DNA of 49,661 bases from a virus. Positions within the stretch are counted from its first letter, which is position 1. Each line of letters opens with the position of its first letter. This document shows positions 41,462 to 49,661 of the stretch, one piece after another. The position numbers and the translations under genes were made by a program. Below the pieces are notes generated by a model. The model did no database searches. It had not been told where the DNA came from and saw only the letters and a program-made list of their open reading frames with translations. The DNA lies in IMG/VR virus record IMGVR_UViG_3300022747_000006, positions 1-49,661 of that record; one strand, written 5' to 3'.

Positions 41462-42244
41462 ATGGCTGAAGAACAAGTTGTCACAACTGACGACAATCAA
41501 CCCGCTAATAACGAACCACAACTGACCGCTGCTGAAGAAAAAGCAATGGAACAGGGCTGGGTTCCTCAAGACCAGTGGGAAGGTGATCCAGAACAATGGC
41601 GTCCTGCCAAAGAATTCCTGGATCGTGGAGAACTTTTTAAGAAGATTGAAGATCAAAACCGCACAATTAAAGAATTTAAACGTGCTCTGGATGATCTGAA
41701 AGGCCACCACGCCAAGACTCGTGAAACTGAATATCAACGAGCTCTTGATGCCCTGAAAGCGCAGAAAAAAACTGCCCTTGAAGAAGGAGATGCAGAATCG
41801 GTCATTAAATTGGATGACCAGATCGATCTGGTGAAAGATGAACAGAATAAACTGAAGCAGAATGCTACACCTGCTACACCAGCAGTAAACTCTGAGTTTG
41901 CTGAATGGGTAGACAAGAATAAATGGTATGACAACAGTCAACCTATGCGAGCATATGCAGATGCGTTGGGCCGTGACCTTGCTTACAAAGGTATGGCACC
42001 TTCTGAGGTTCTCAAAGAAGTTGAACGACAAGTTCGTATGGAATTCCCGCACAAATTTAGCAACCCCAATCGCAATAAACCGGGTGCTGTAGAGGGAAGT
42101 ACAAATAAAGGTGGTAAGACCAATAGTGATTCTATTGATCTTTCCGATGAAGAGCGTCGAGTGATGCAGCGTTTCGTGCGTACAGGTGTAATGACTGAAA
42201 AGGAATACATGTCTGAACTGAAACGTATTAAACAAGGAGCTTAA
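41462..42244 (+). CDS. Scaffolding protein candidate
   Basis: 260 aa, highly charged (E/K/D/R/Q) and helical, with a strong RBS (TAAGGAGG), located between portal and capsid genes. Confidence 0.6.
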   Translation: MAEEQVVTTDDNQPANNEPQLTAAEEKAMEQGWVPQDQWEGDPEQWRPAKEFLDRGELFKKIEDQNRTIKEFKRALDDLKGHHAKTRETEYQRALDALKAQKKTALEEGDAESVIKLDDQIDLVKDEQNKLKQNATPATPAVNSEFAEWVDKNKWYDNSQPMRAYADALGRDLAYKGMAPSEVLKEVERQVRMEFPHKFSNPNRNKPGAVEGSTNKGGKTNSDSIDLSDEERRVMQRFVRTGVMTEKEYMSELKRIKQGA

Positions 42245-42246
42245 TT

Positions 42247-42657
42247 ATGAGTGACGTTAAAGAAGCTATTGCGAAAGCACCGAGAGGTCGTACGCAGCGT
42301 GTTCCCGTGGGAACACGTCAGGTTTTGTCTGTGGCAGGGAAAGACCCTAGCTACGAATATAGGATTGTTAATGACTCTGGAGACAGGGTGCAGGAGTTTC
42401 TGGATGCAGGCTACGAAGTAGTTGCAGCCGACTCTGTGCGAGTTGGTGATAAACGTGTGAATTCCGCTTCGTCGGAAGGATCTGTTTCTCAGATTTCAGT
42501 TGGACAGGGCCAAAAAGCTTTTGTTCTGCGTATCAAAAAAGAATGGTATGCAGAAGATCAAGCTTCCAAGCAACAGCGTGTCAACGAACTGGAATCCGCC
42601 ACCAAAGCAAAAGCTCTTGATGGTACTTATGGTAAGCTCGAAATTTCTCGAAGCTAA
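42247..42657 (+). CDS. Hypothetical head-module protein
   Basis: 136-aa ORF. RGRTQRVPVGTRQVL...YEYRIVND.GDRVQEFLDAGYEVV resembles a motif seen in podovirus head modules. Confidence 0.45.
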   Translation: MSDVKEAIAKAPRGRTQRVPVGTRQVLSVAGKDPSYEYRIVNDSGDRVQEFLDAGYEVVAADSVRVGDKRVNSASSEGSVSQISVGQGQKAFVLRIKKEWYAEDQASKQQRVNELESATKAKALDGTYGKLEISRS

Positions 42658-42709
42658 CAACAACTAAGTGCCGTTAGGAAATGTCTATTTTATTAATGGA
42701 GAATTGCTA

Positions 42710-43333
42710 ATGGCAAGTGTATCTCGTATTAACGGCTTTCGTCCCGTTAAATCTATTACTGGCGCACCCTACTCGGGCCAAGCCAATTTGTATTTTGTCC
42801 CCTCGTCTGACTCTACCACCATCATGGTTGGTGATGCTGTCAAACTTGCTGGTGACTCTCGTTCCCCAACTGGTGCTCCTACCGTAACTCGTTGCGGCGC
42901 TACTGATACCCCCGTGGGTGTGGTGGTCGGCATCTTGTTCACTGGTGTGGGTGATGTGCAGAACGTGCCTCCGGTTAACAACCTGAACACTCCTGTGTAT
43001 CGTGCTCCTTCGACAGATCGCTATCTGTTGGTTGCGGATGATCCCAACCTTGTGTATGAAGTTCAGTATGCCGGCACTTCCGTTGCTGCTGCTACCATTA
43101 CTGCTAACGTGGGCTTGAACGGTCAGTTCACCACTACTGCAGGTAGCACAACTTCTGGTTCGTCTGGTATGCAATTGGACAGTTCTGGCTTGGCTACTAC
43201 TGCCACTCTGCCTTTGAAGGTTGTGGGTTTCCCCAGCCGTCCTGACAATATCCCTGGCGACACCTATTTCAGCTACTATGTGAAGCTTAACAGCGTCACT
43301 TATGGTACTGGTACTGGCCAAGCTGGCGTTTAA
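42710..43333 (+). CDS. Capsid decoration / cement protein candidate
   Basis: The ATG at 42710 follows GGAG; the track start at 42668 is a GTG without an RBS. 207 aa, beta-rich, immediately upstream of the major capsid gene. Confidence 0.4.
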   Translation: MASVSRINGFRPVKSITGAPYSGQANLYFVPSSDSTTIMVGDAVKLAGDSRSPTGAPTVTRCGATDTPVGVVVGILFTGVGDVQNVPPVNNLNTPVYRAPSTDRYLLVADDPNLVYEVQYAGTSVAAATITANVGLNGQFTTTAGSTTSGSSGMQLDSSGLATTATLPLKVVGFPSRPDNIPGDTYFSYYVKLNSVTYGTGTGQAGV

Positions 43334-43351
43334 TTAAAGGAAAGGTAAGAT

Positions 43352-44260
43352 ATGTCTATTATCAATAGTGGCTCGTTTAGTAAAGCGCTCTGGCCTGGCG
43401 TAAATGCATGGTACGGTAAAGCGTACGATGAGTATGAAACCGAATACGACAAACTGTTCGACAAATTCACTTCGCAAAAAGCGTTTGAAGAAGACGTCGG
43501 TATTTCGTCTTTCGGCCTGGCAGTGAACAAGCCTGAAGGCGCTGGCATCTCGTATGACAGTGAGCGTCAAGCTTTCATCACTCGCTACCAACACGCTGTG
43601 TTCGCACTGGGTTTCATCATCACTCGTGAAATGATGGAAGATGACCAGTATGACGTGGTGGGTCAACGCAAAGCACAAGGCCTGGCCTTCTCTATGCGTC
43701 AGACTAAAGAGGTGATTGGTGCCAACGTGTACAACCGTGCTTTCAACAGCGCATACACTGGTGGCGATGGCAAGGAACTGATTAGCAACGCACACGTCAA
43801 CATCAAAGGTGGTACATGGTCCAACACCCTGTCTACCGCTGCTGACTTGTCCGAAGCTGCTCTGGAACAAGCTGCAATCGACATTGCTGGTTTCACCAAT
43901 GATGCTGGTCTGCTGATTGCTGTTCGTCCTGAATCGCTCATTATCCCACGTCAACTGATGTTTGAAGCAAAACGTATCCTGGGCTCTGATGGCCGAGTTG
44001 GTACAGATAACAATGACCTGAACGCTGTGAAGGCCATGGGCTTGATTCCCAATGTTACTGTTAACCACTTCCTGACTGACCCAGATGCTTGGTTCATCCG
44101 TACCAATACCCCACACGGTATGAAGTATTTTGAGCGTCGTGCTGACCAGTTCGACATGGACAATGATTGGGATACTGAGAACGCCAAGTTCAAAGCCACT
44201 GCTCGTTACAGCTTCGGCTGGACCGATCCTCGTGGTCTGTACGGTTCCGCAGGCGCCTAA
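43352..44260 (+). CDS. Major capsid protein (HK97-fold type)
   Basis: 302 aa with an RBS AAGGAAAGG. Typical capsid length and position, followed by a strong hairpin terminator. Biased codon usage leaves a 504-aa antisense shadow ORF. Confidence 0.8.
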   Translation: MSIINSGSFSKALWPGVNAWYGKAYDEYETEYDKLFDKFTSQKAFEEDVGISSFGLAVNKPEGAGISYDSERQAFITRYQHAVFALGFIITREMMEDDQYDVVGQRKAQGLAFSMRQTKEVIGANVYNRAFNSAYTGGDGKELISNAHVNIKGGTWSNTLSTAADLSEAALEQAAIDIAGFTNDAGLLIAVRPESLIIPRQLMFEAKRILGSDGRVGTDNNDLNAVKAMGLIPNVTVNHFLTDPDAWFIRTNTPHGMKYFERRADQFDMDNDWDTENAKFKATARYSFGWTDPRGLYGSAGA

Positions 44261-44267
44261 TTTACCT

Positions 44268-44295
44268 GGGGAGGCAGAAATGCTTCCCCTTTTAT
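44268..44295 (+). terminator. Rho-independent terminator / attenuator after the major capsid gene
   Basis: 9-bp stem GGGGAGGCA / TGCTTCCCC with a GAAA tetraloop, followed by TTTTAT. Confidence 0.7.
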
Positions 44296-44308
44296 GAAAG
44301 GATAAATT

Positions 44309-44740
44309 ATGGGTTTTCTTGCAACTGACGTTACCCCGATTTCGTCTACTGGCCCTACAGTTCTTATTCCCTCGAATAAGGACGTAGTTGTCAAAGTGTT
44401 TAAAGTGGCTCGCACTGAGACCGCTGATGTGCTGAAAGTGGTTTTGCCCGCTGACGCTTCCATCATTGGTGTGAAAGTGTATGGCGGTACAGCATCTGAT
44501 GCTGGTACGTCGGCTACTCTGACATTCACTGTGGCAAACAACAGTGGTACTATTTCGTCTGGTACTTATGATGTTAAAACAAACGGTGCAGTGACTGGTG
44601 AAGCTACCATGAGTGGTTTGCCTAATCTGCAACCTGTCCCCCTGACTGGTGACATTACCATTAAAGCAAAATATGCTGAAGTTGGTACTGCTTCCACCAC
44701 TGGTGGGGCTTGGAATGTGCTGGTTTCGTACATTCGTTAA
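44309..44740 (+). CDS. Hypothetical virion protein
   Basis: 143-aa beta-rich ORF bracketed by two hairpin terminators. Confidence 0.5.
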   Translation: MGFLATDVTPISSTGPTVLIPSNKDVVVKVFKVARTETADVLKVVLPADASIIGVKVYGGTASDAGTSATLTFTVANNSGTISSGTYDVKTNGAVTGEATMSGLPNLQPVPLTGDITIKAKYAEVGTASTTGGAWNVLVSYIR

Positions 44741-44743
44741 TGG

Positions 44744-44770
44744 AAGGGGCGCAATGCCCCTTTCTTTTAT
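44744..44770 (+). terminator. Rho-independent terminator / attenuator
   Basis: Stem AAGGGGC / GCCCCTT with loop GCAAT, followed by TCTTTTATT. Confidence 0.65.
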
Positions 44771-44813
44771 TGGTGGACGAGGAGTCTTCCGTCTTTGGTA
44801 AAAGGAGAAAATT

Positions 44814-45167
44814 ATGGCTGGTTCTAACGTATGGGTCAAATGTGGCAAGGTTTATAACCTCGATCCCAACGGTGCAGGTTTGACTGCTACTGGTGCTACA
44901 CCCCGAATTTATAAAGATAGCCCTTACGCTACCTTTCAAGCTTATGGCACCACTTCTGCTGGTGTCGGAGCTGCTACAGTTGCTATTGAAGGTAGCAATG
45001 TAGATGATCCAAATACTTTTGTCAGTTTGGGTACTCTCACCCTGACTTTGGGCACCACAACTACTGCTGCTGGTTTGGCAACAACCGCTCCATGGAAGTT
45101 TGTTCGTGCTAACGTAACTGCTATTTCTGGTACAAACGCCACCGTGTATGTGACCATGGGGGTGTAA
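44814..45167 (+). CDS. Hypothetical virion protein
   Basis: 117-aa ORF, rich in G/T/A and beta-strand-like, with an RBS AAGGAG. Confidence 0.5.
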   Translation: MAGSNVWVKCGKVYNLDPNGAGLTATGATPRIYKDSPYATFQAYGTTSAGVGAATVAIEGSNVDDPNTFVSLGTLTLTLGTTTTAAGLATTAPWKFVRANVTAISGTNATVYVTMGV

Positions 45168-45168
45168 A

Positions 45169-45927
45169 ATGTCCACATCAGGTGTAACACAGGCTAGTGG
45201 CCTTGAACAAGAATATAATGGAGATTATCAATTACAGGTTGCTCGTGGTCTAGTAAATGGCCATACAGCAATTTTTCGTGCTGCCTATTCTCCTTATATT
45301 ACTACAGGACAAAATTATAGTGTATGGCCTCGTGCTGCCACGTATGTATTTCCTACTGTTGCATCCACAATGACTCTTTCTAGTAGTGCTACAGGAGATG
45401 TAGGGCAACTGGTTCTTGTTACAGGATTGGATAACACATATGCTAGTATTTCTGAAGTACTTGTCCTTAATGGACAAACTCCTGTCTCTAGTGTAACAAG
45501 TTTCTTTAGAGTGAACGATATTCTGGTTCTTACAGATTCTCCTACAGGAAATATCTATTTTGGTACAGGAACTGTAACTACTGGCGTTCCAGCAAACGTC
45601 TATGGTTTTATTGCTGCAGGTGATAATACAATGATGTCTGCTCATTATACTGTTCCAGCGGGACATTCCTTGTATATTTTGGGTGGTAGTGTTAATACTG
45701 CATTGGCCAACCAAAATAAAACTGTTATTGTTAGTTTCAATACTCGTATTAATGGTGTTATATACAAGGGAGCAAACATTCAGTCTTCTGGTGGATACCA
45801 ACACTATCCATATACACCTCCATTGGCGGTGACAGAAAAGATGGATATTTGGGACACTGCCACAACATCCGATGGAACACCCTCCTCTGTTACAGCTAAC
45901 CTATCTGGTATTTTGATTAAGAACTAA
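45169..45927 (+). CDS. Hypothetical virion structural protein
   Basis: 252-aa ORF coupled to its neighbours in the structural arm. Confidence 0.5.
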   Translation: MSTSGVTQASGLEQEYNGDYQLQVARGLVNGHTAIFRAAYSPYITTGQNYSVWPRAATYVFPTVASTMTLSSSATGDVGQLVLVTGLDNTYASISEVLVLNGQTPVSSVTSFFRVNDILVLTDSPTGNIYFGTGTVTTGVPANVYGFIAAGDNTMMSAHYTVPAGHSLYILGGSVNTALANQNKTVIVSFNTRINGVIYKGANIQSSGGYQHYPYTPPLAVTEKMDIWDTATTSDGTPSSVTANLSGILIKN

Positions 45928-45928
45928 C

Positions 45929-46798
45929 ATGAAAAATCATCTCATTTTAGGTAACTGGAATGCTTTATGTGATAGTTGTGGACGCAAGTTTAAAGCACTA
46001 GACCTCCAGAAACGCTGGGATGGTTTAATGGTTTGTAAAGAAGACTGGGAACAACGACATCCTTCTGACTTTCTGCGTGTACAGAAAGAGAAGATTAATG
46101 TAGAGTTCTCTCGTCCCTATCCTGCACAAGACAACTTCTTGCCACAAAATCTTTGGGTAAATCCTGAAGATATTATTGGAATACCTGATCAAACAGCAAT
46201 GGCTGTTGTTAAGATTATTCCTGAACTGATTTCTAACATCATTACTACTGGTGGTTTTAACTCCTATTCATTCAATGAACATGAACTGGATTATGGAGAT
46301 ACTACTATTCCTCCTACAGTATCAGGAGAATCTGTTACTATTACAGAAATCTTTAATGCTGTGTTGGGTAGATTCTTAGATGACAGTTTGTCCTTGGCAG
46401 AGGCTCTTGCTGTAACGTTCACAAAAGCAATTGATGAAACAATCCCTGTGGGTGAAAATCTGTATTTTGCAGAAGAAGACCATGCTTTAGACAGTGTTTC
46501 ATTGTCTGAATCTCAGCAGTTTGTTTTCTCTTTGAACTTGTCAGACAGTGTTGCTATCACAGAATCCCTGAGTAATTCCTTGTCTACATCTACAACAGAT
46601 GTCATTGGTATTACAGAAACAGTGATTCCATTGCCAATTTACAACTTGTCTGATTCCACAAGTGTTGCAGAAAGCAGTTTCTTTGCAGTTACTTCCATTC
46701 AAACAGATTCTGTTGCAATTGCAGAATCTCTTTCATCTTCTTTAACAATTGGTGCAGTCTTTAACGGGGCTGTTCTTAATTCACAATCTTTAGGATAA
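45929..46798 (+). CDS. Virion/tail protein with an N-terminal Cys motif and Ser-rich DSVxIxES repeats
   Basis: GNWNALCDSCGRKFKALDLQKRWDGLMVCKEDWEQRHPSDF at the N-terminus, then LDSVSLSES, LSDSVAITESLS, TDVIGITET, LSDSTSVAESS and TDSVAIAESLS. Confidence 0.5.
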   Translation: MKNHLILGNWNALCDSCGRKFKALDLQKRWDGLMVCKEDWEQRHPSDFLRVQKEKINVEFSRPYPAQDNFLPQNLWVNPEDIIGIPDQTAMAVVKIIPELISNIITTGGFNSYSFNEHELDYGDTTIPPTVSGESVTITEIFNAVLGRFLDDSLSLAEALAVTFTKAIDETIPVGENLYFAEEDHALDSVSLSESQQFVFSLNLSDSVAITESLSNSLSTSTTDVIGITETVIPLPIYNLSDSTSVAESSFFAVTSIQTDSVAIAESLSSSLTIGAVFNGAVLNSQSLG

Positions 46799-46801
46799 TA
46801 T

Positions 46802-47242
46802 ATGATTAATGACACACTTCCTGTTGTTGGTAAACTGTCTCTGGTGCTGCGCGATGAGTATGGCAACATTAAACAACAAATCGACAAAGACAATCTGGTT
46901 GTCACAGTAGGCAAGAACTTTTTGGCTAATGCTGTTTTGGCAAGCTCCTCTAGTCCCTTTACTCACATGGCTATTGGTACTAATGGTACTGCCGCTACGC
47001 TGGCTGACACCACTTTGGGTACTGAAATTGCACGTTCAGCCTTCACTACTTCTAGTCGTACTAATAACGTTGTAACTCTGTCTACTACATATGGTGCTGG
47101 TACAGGCACAGGTGCTCTGCAAGAAGCTGGGATTTTCAATGCTAGTTCTGCGGGTACTTTGCTGTCTCATGTAGTGTTCTCTGTTATTAACAAAGGCTCT
47201 GCTGACTCTCTTTCTATTACTTGGACTATTACTGTAGGGTGA
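46802..47242 (+). CDS. Hypothetical virion/tail protein
   Basis: 146-aa ORF. The motif GALQEAGIFNASSAGTLLSHV recurs in phage tail-associated proteins. Confidence 0.45.
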   Translation: MINDTLPVVGKLSLVLRDEYGNIKQQIDKDNLVVTVGKNFLANAVLASSSSPFTHMAIGTNGTAATLADTTLGTEIARSAFTTSSRTNNVVTLSTTYGAGTGTGALQEAGIFNASSAGTLLSHVVFSVINKGSADSLSITWTITVG

Positions 47243-47247
47243 TTTAA

Positions 47248-48030
47248 ATGACAATCATGTTTACTAACAATGCAGCATCAACGTTAGCAAGCGGGATTAC
47301 AAACTCAGCCACCAGTTTGACGGTTCAGACTGGTGCTGGTGCATTGTTTCCTAGTTTGACTGGTGCAGATATTTTTTATGTAACTTTGGCAAATACCTCT
47401 GGTACTGTTGAAGTTGTACAAGTTACAGCACGTTCTTCTGATACATTCACGATTGTCCGTGGTCAGGACAGCACAACTGCTGTGTCATGGAATACTGGTG
47501 ATAAAGTTGAATTGCGGCCTGTAGCAATTGCTATGCGAGCAATGGCTCAAACAGCAAATAACCTATCTGATTTGGCAAGTGCAACAACTGCTCGTACCAA
47601 CCTTGGTTTGGGTACTATTGCCACATTGGCTGCTCCTGCAGGCACTGTGGTGGGTACTACAGACACTCAAACACTGACCAACAAAACAATTACTGCTGGT
47701 GTATTTGGTGGTGGTTACACTGAAGGTGTTAATACTGCTAATACTTCTACAGCCTATACAATTAGTTTGGCAAACGGTACAGAGCAAATTTTGACCTTGA
47801 CTGGCAATTGTACATATACTTTTCCTACAGCAGTTGCTGGACAAAGCTTCTTGCTGGTTCAGAAACAAGATGCTACAGGAAGTCGTACAGTGACATGGCC
47901 TGCTACTGTTAAATGGCCAGCGAATACAGCCCCAACAATTACTGCAACGGCAAGTAAAGCAGATTTGTATGCTTTTACTTCTGATGGTACTAACTGGTTT
48001 GGACGTACTATTGGTCAAAACTATCTGTAA
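47248..48030 (+). CDS. Tail fibre / tail spike-associated protein
   Basis: 260 aa. NNLSDLASATTARTNLGLGT is a widespread phage tail-fibre motif. Confidence 0.6.
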   Translation: MTIMFTNNAASTLASGITNSATSLTVQTGAGALFPSLTGADIFYVTLANTSGTVEVVQVTARSSDTFTIVRGQDSTTAVSWNTGDKVELRPVAIAMRAMAQTANNLSDLASATTARTNLGLGTIATLAAPAGTVVGTTDTQTLTNKTITAGVFGGGYTEGVNTANTSTAYTISLANGTEQILTLTGNCTYTFPTAVAGQSFLLVQKQDATGSRTVTWPATVKWPANTAPTITATASKADLYAFTSDGTNWFGRTIGQNYL

Positions 48031-48039
48031 GGAGAAGTA

Positions 48040-49661
48040 ATGTTTTCAGCAGATATGGGCACTACACCTTCAAGTAGTGCCAATTACATCGAGGACGTGT
48101 TCAGCACGTACCTCTACACAGGCAACGGCTCTACCCAAACAATCACCAACGGGATTGATTTGGCGGGTAAGGGTGGGTTGGTTTGGATTAAGGCTCGAGG
48201 TGCAAATGGGCAATCTAATAACTTATACGACACTAACAGAGGTGTTGGTTTGTCAATTCAGACAGACTCTACAAATGCGAATACTTCTTGGACTGGTGTA
48301 TCTGCGTTCAACGCAGACGGATTCTCGTTAGGTTCAAATAGTCAAACAAACTTTAATAATGATCCTTATGCCTCATGGACATTCCGCAAGCAGCCGAAGT
48401 TCTTTGATGTGGTGACGTATACGGGAACGGGCAGCAACAAAACTGTTGCGCACAATCTTGGTTCTGTTCCGGGGTGCATCATCATCAAACGCACAGATTC
48501 AGCAGGAACAAACTGGGTTGTTTATCACAAGGATTTGACCTCCGCTGCTTATGCTTTGGTTTTGAACGGCACTCTGGCGCAAACTTCCAGCCCAACGTCA
48601 TTTAACAGCACTGCACCAACAAGCACTGTTTTTTCTGTTGGCACAAGCATAGCAACCAACGCTTCTGGTGGAACTTACGTCGCCTACATCTTCGCCCACA
48701 ACGCAGGAGGCTTTGGCCTGACGGGTACTGACAATGTGATTTCGTGTGGGTCGTTTACAAGCGATGCAAGCGATATTGCCACAGTAAACCTTGGTTATGA
48801 GCCGCAGCTTGTAATCATGAAAGCGGTCAGCACAACAGGCCACTGGTGGATGGCCGACAACATGAGAGGTTTCACCGTTAATGACGAGCAGTATCTGTTG
48901 GCTAATAGCAGCGGAGCTGAAGCGTCTGGCACAAACATTCGCTTGACAAACACAGGCTTTTATCAAGCAAGCACAACTGGCTCGGCAACCACCTACATCT
49001 ACATCGCCATCCGCCGTGGTCCGATGAAAGTGCCTACGGATGGGACTAAGGTGTTTGCTCCATTGGCTCTGAACAACGGCTTTGATACAGTAAACACAAC
49101 AGGGTTCCCGGTCGATTTGCAAATTCGAGGCTATCGACCCGGAGGAGCTGTAGCGGGACGCAACCCCGCCGTGTTGGATCGGCTGCGTGGAGTCAGCAGC
49201 GTGCCTTCTGATGTTTCAAGCACCTTCCCACTTCTTTGCACCGCAGTGACGGACGCTCAAAACACATCAGGTCAATACGCAAACAACTGGAACAACACGG
49301 GCTTCAGCACGGCGTTAAGCCTTGCCGGAGATAACGCAATGTGGAACTTCCGCCGCGCCCCCAGCTTCTTTGATGAGGTTTGCTATACGGGGACGGGAAC
49401 AGAAGTAGCTACAAACCACAATTTGGGTGTTGTTCCAGAACTGATTATCACAAAGTGTCGCTCTTATTCTCCGTCACAGTGGATTGTAGGTAGCTCGGCT
49501 GATTGGTCTAAGTACTTGGTCTTGAACCAAACAGCCGCTTATGGAGCAAGCACTTCATACACATCCTTGACTTCTACAACCTACACGCCGGGTAGTGGAT
49601 TGGGTTTAGCTTGGAATGGTCAAACATTTGTCGCCTACCTCTTTGCATCCTGCCCCGGCGT
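48040..49661 (+). CDS. Tail fibre protein, N-terminal part (open at the window end, continues at 1..428)
   Basis: ATG at 48040 after GGAG (48031). There is no stop before the window end, which is why it is absent from the ORF track. It contains tandem domains of roughly 100-150 aa (see finding). Confidence 0.85.
   Translation, partial: MFSADMGTTPSSSANYIEDVFSTYLYTGNGSTQTITNGIDLAGKGGLVWIKARGANGQSNNLYDTNRGVGLSIQTDSTNANTSWTGVSAFNADGFSLGSNSQTNFNNDPYASWTFRKQPKFFDVVTYTGTGSNKTVAHNLGSVPGCIIIKRTDSAGTNWVVYHKDLTSAAYALVLNGTLAQTSSPTSFNSTAPTSTVFSVGTSIATNASGGTYVAYIFAHNAGGFGLTGTDNVISCGSFTSDASDIATVNLGYEPQLVIMKAVSTTGHWWMADNMRGFTVNDEQYLLANSSGAEASGTNIRLTNTGFYQASTTGSATTYIYIAIRRGPMKVPTDGTKVFAPLALNNGFDTVNTTGFPVDLQIRGYRPGGAVAGRNPAVLDRLRGVSSVPSDVSSTFPLLCTAVTDAQNTSGQYANNWNNTGFSTALSLAGDNAMWNFRRAPSFFDEVCYTGTGTEVATNHNLGVVPELIITKCRSYSPSQWIVGSSADWSKYLVLNQTAAYGASTSYTSLTSTTYTPGSGLGLAWNGQTFVAYLFASCPG
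49535..49661. repeat. Terminal overlap: exact copy of 1..127
   Basis: Read directly; identical to the window start. Confidence 0.95.

Noticed and set aside
41441-42235. 264-aa minus-strand ORF opposite the scaffolding gene
   Set aside because: Antisense shadow of a highly charged GAA/AAA-rich gene. It translates to a Phe/Leu/Ser-rich low-complexity peptide, and it opposes the direction of the whole structural arm.
43334-44848. 504-aa ORF on the minus strand spanning the major capsid gene, a terminator and the next gene
   Set aside because: It is antisense to a gene with clear capsid features and a strong RBS. The peptide is Cys/His/Ser/Arg-rich nonsense (…HSECQSSRRTSIRCCTAIHFH…) with no RBS, and it runs straight through an intergenic hairpin. 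It is a typical shadow ORF caused by biased codon usage on the sense strand.
48040-49661. Diversity-generating retroelement (template/variable repeat) acting on the repetitive tail fibre
   Set aside because: No reverse transcriptase gene exists in the genome. The fibre repeats are similar only at the protein level, with no near-identical DNA repeat pair showing adenine-specific differences.
1-49661. Lysogeny module or alternative genetic code
   Set aside because: No integrase, excisionase, CI/Cro-like pair or att-like tRNA fragment was recognised. All long genes read through cleanly with the standard code, so stop-codon reassignment is not needed to explain the single ORF-poor region.

Overview
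The window is a complete, circularly closed genome of a short-tailed (podovirus-like) dsDNA phage. The first 127 bases are repeated exactly at 49535..49661, so the unique length is 49534 bp, and the large tail-fibre CDS (48040..end) continues in frame into 1..428. There are two transcription arms. The plus-strand arm starts at a near-consensus sigma70-type promoter (35965..35993) and wraps through the window end to about 12032. It encodes packaging (terS-like, two HNH genes, terL), portal, a GroES-like protein, scaffold, major capsid, virion and fibre proteins, adaptor/nozzle-like proteins, three internal/ejection proteins (one of 1539 aa) and an M15 endolysin. The minus-strand arm runs from about 35000 down to 12083. 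It encodes early orphan genes, an eight-gene amidoligase/amidotransferase/ATP-grasp cluster, replication genes (primase, helicase, PolA, SSB, 5'-3' exonuclease) and nucleotide metabolism (glutaredoxin-like, phosphoesterase, DUF3310-like, ThyX, MazG, class II RNR). The arms diverge from an ORF-poor control region of about 1 kb (35072..36098) and converge on a bidirectional hairpin terminator (12038..12072). I found no tRNA, rRNA, CRISPR array, integrase, repressor module or phage RNA polymerase. The most notable items are: (1) the amide-bond-forming gene cluster of unknown product at 25913..31688; (2) a helicase gene apparently interrupted by a group I intron carrying an HNH homing endonuclease; (3) a family-A DNA polymerase split at the predicted motif A by a 749-bp four-ORF insert; (4) an ART-like module in the giant ejected protein; (5) a GroES-like gene in the head operon; (6) repeat-rich control DNA with a duplicated palindromic operator-like motif. 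All functional calls come from motif recognition by eye. No database search was run.
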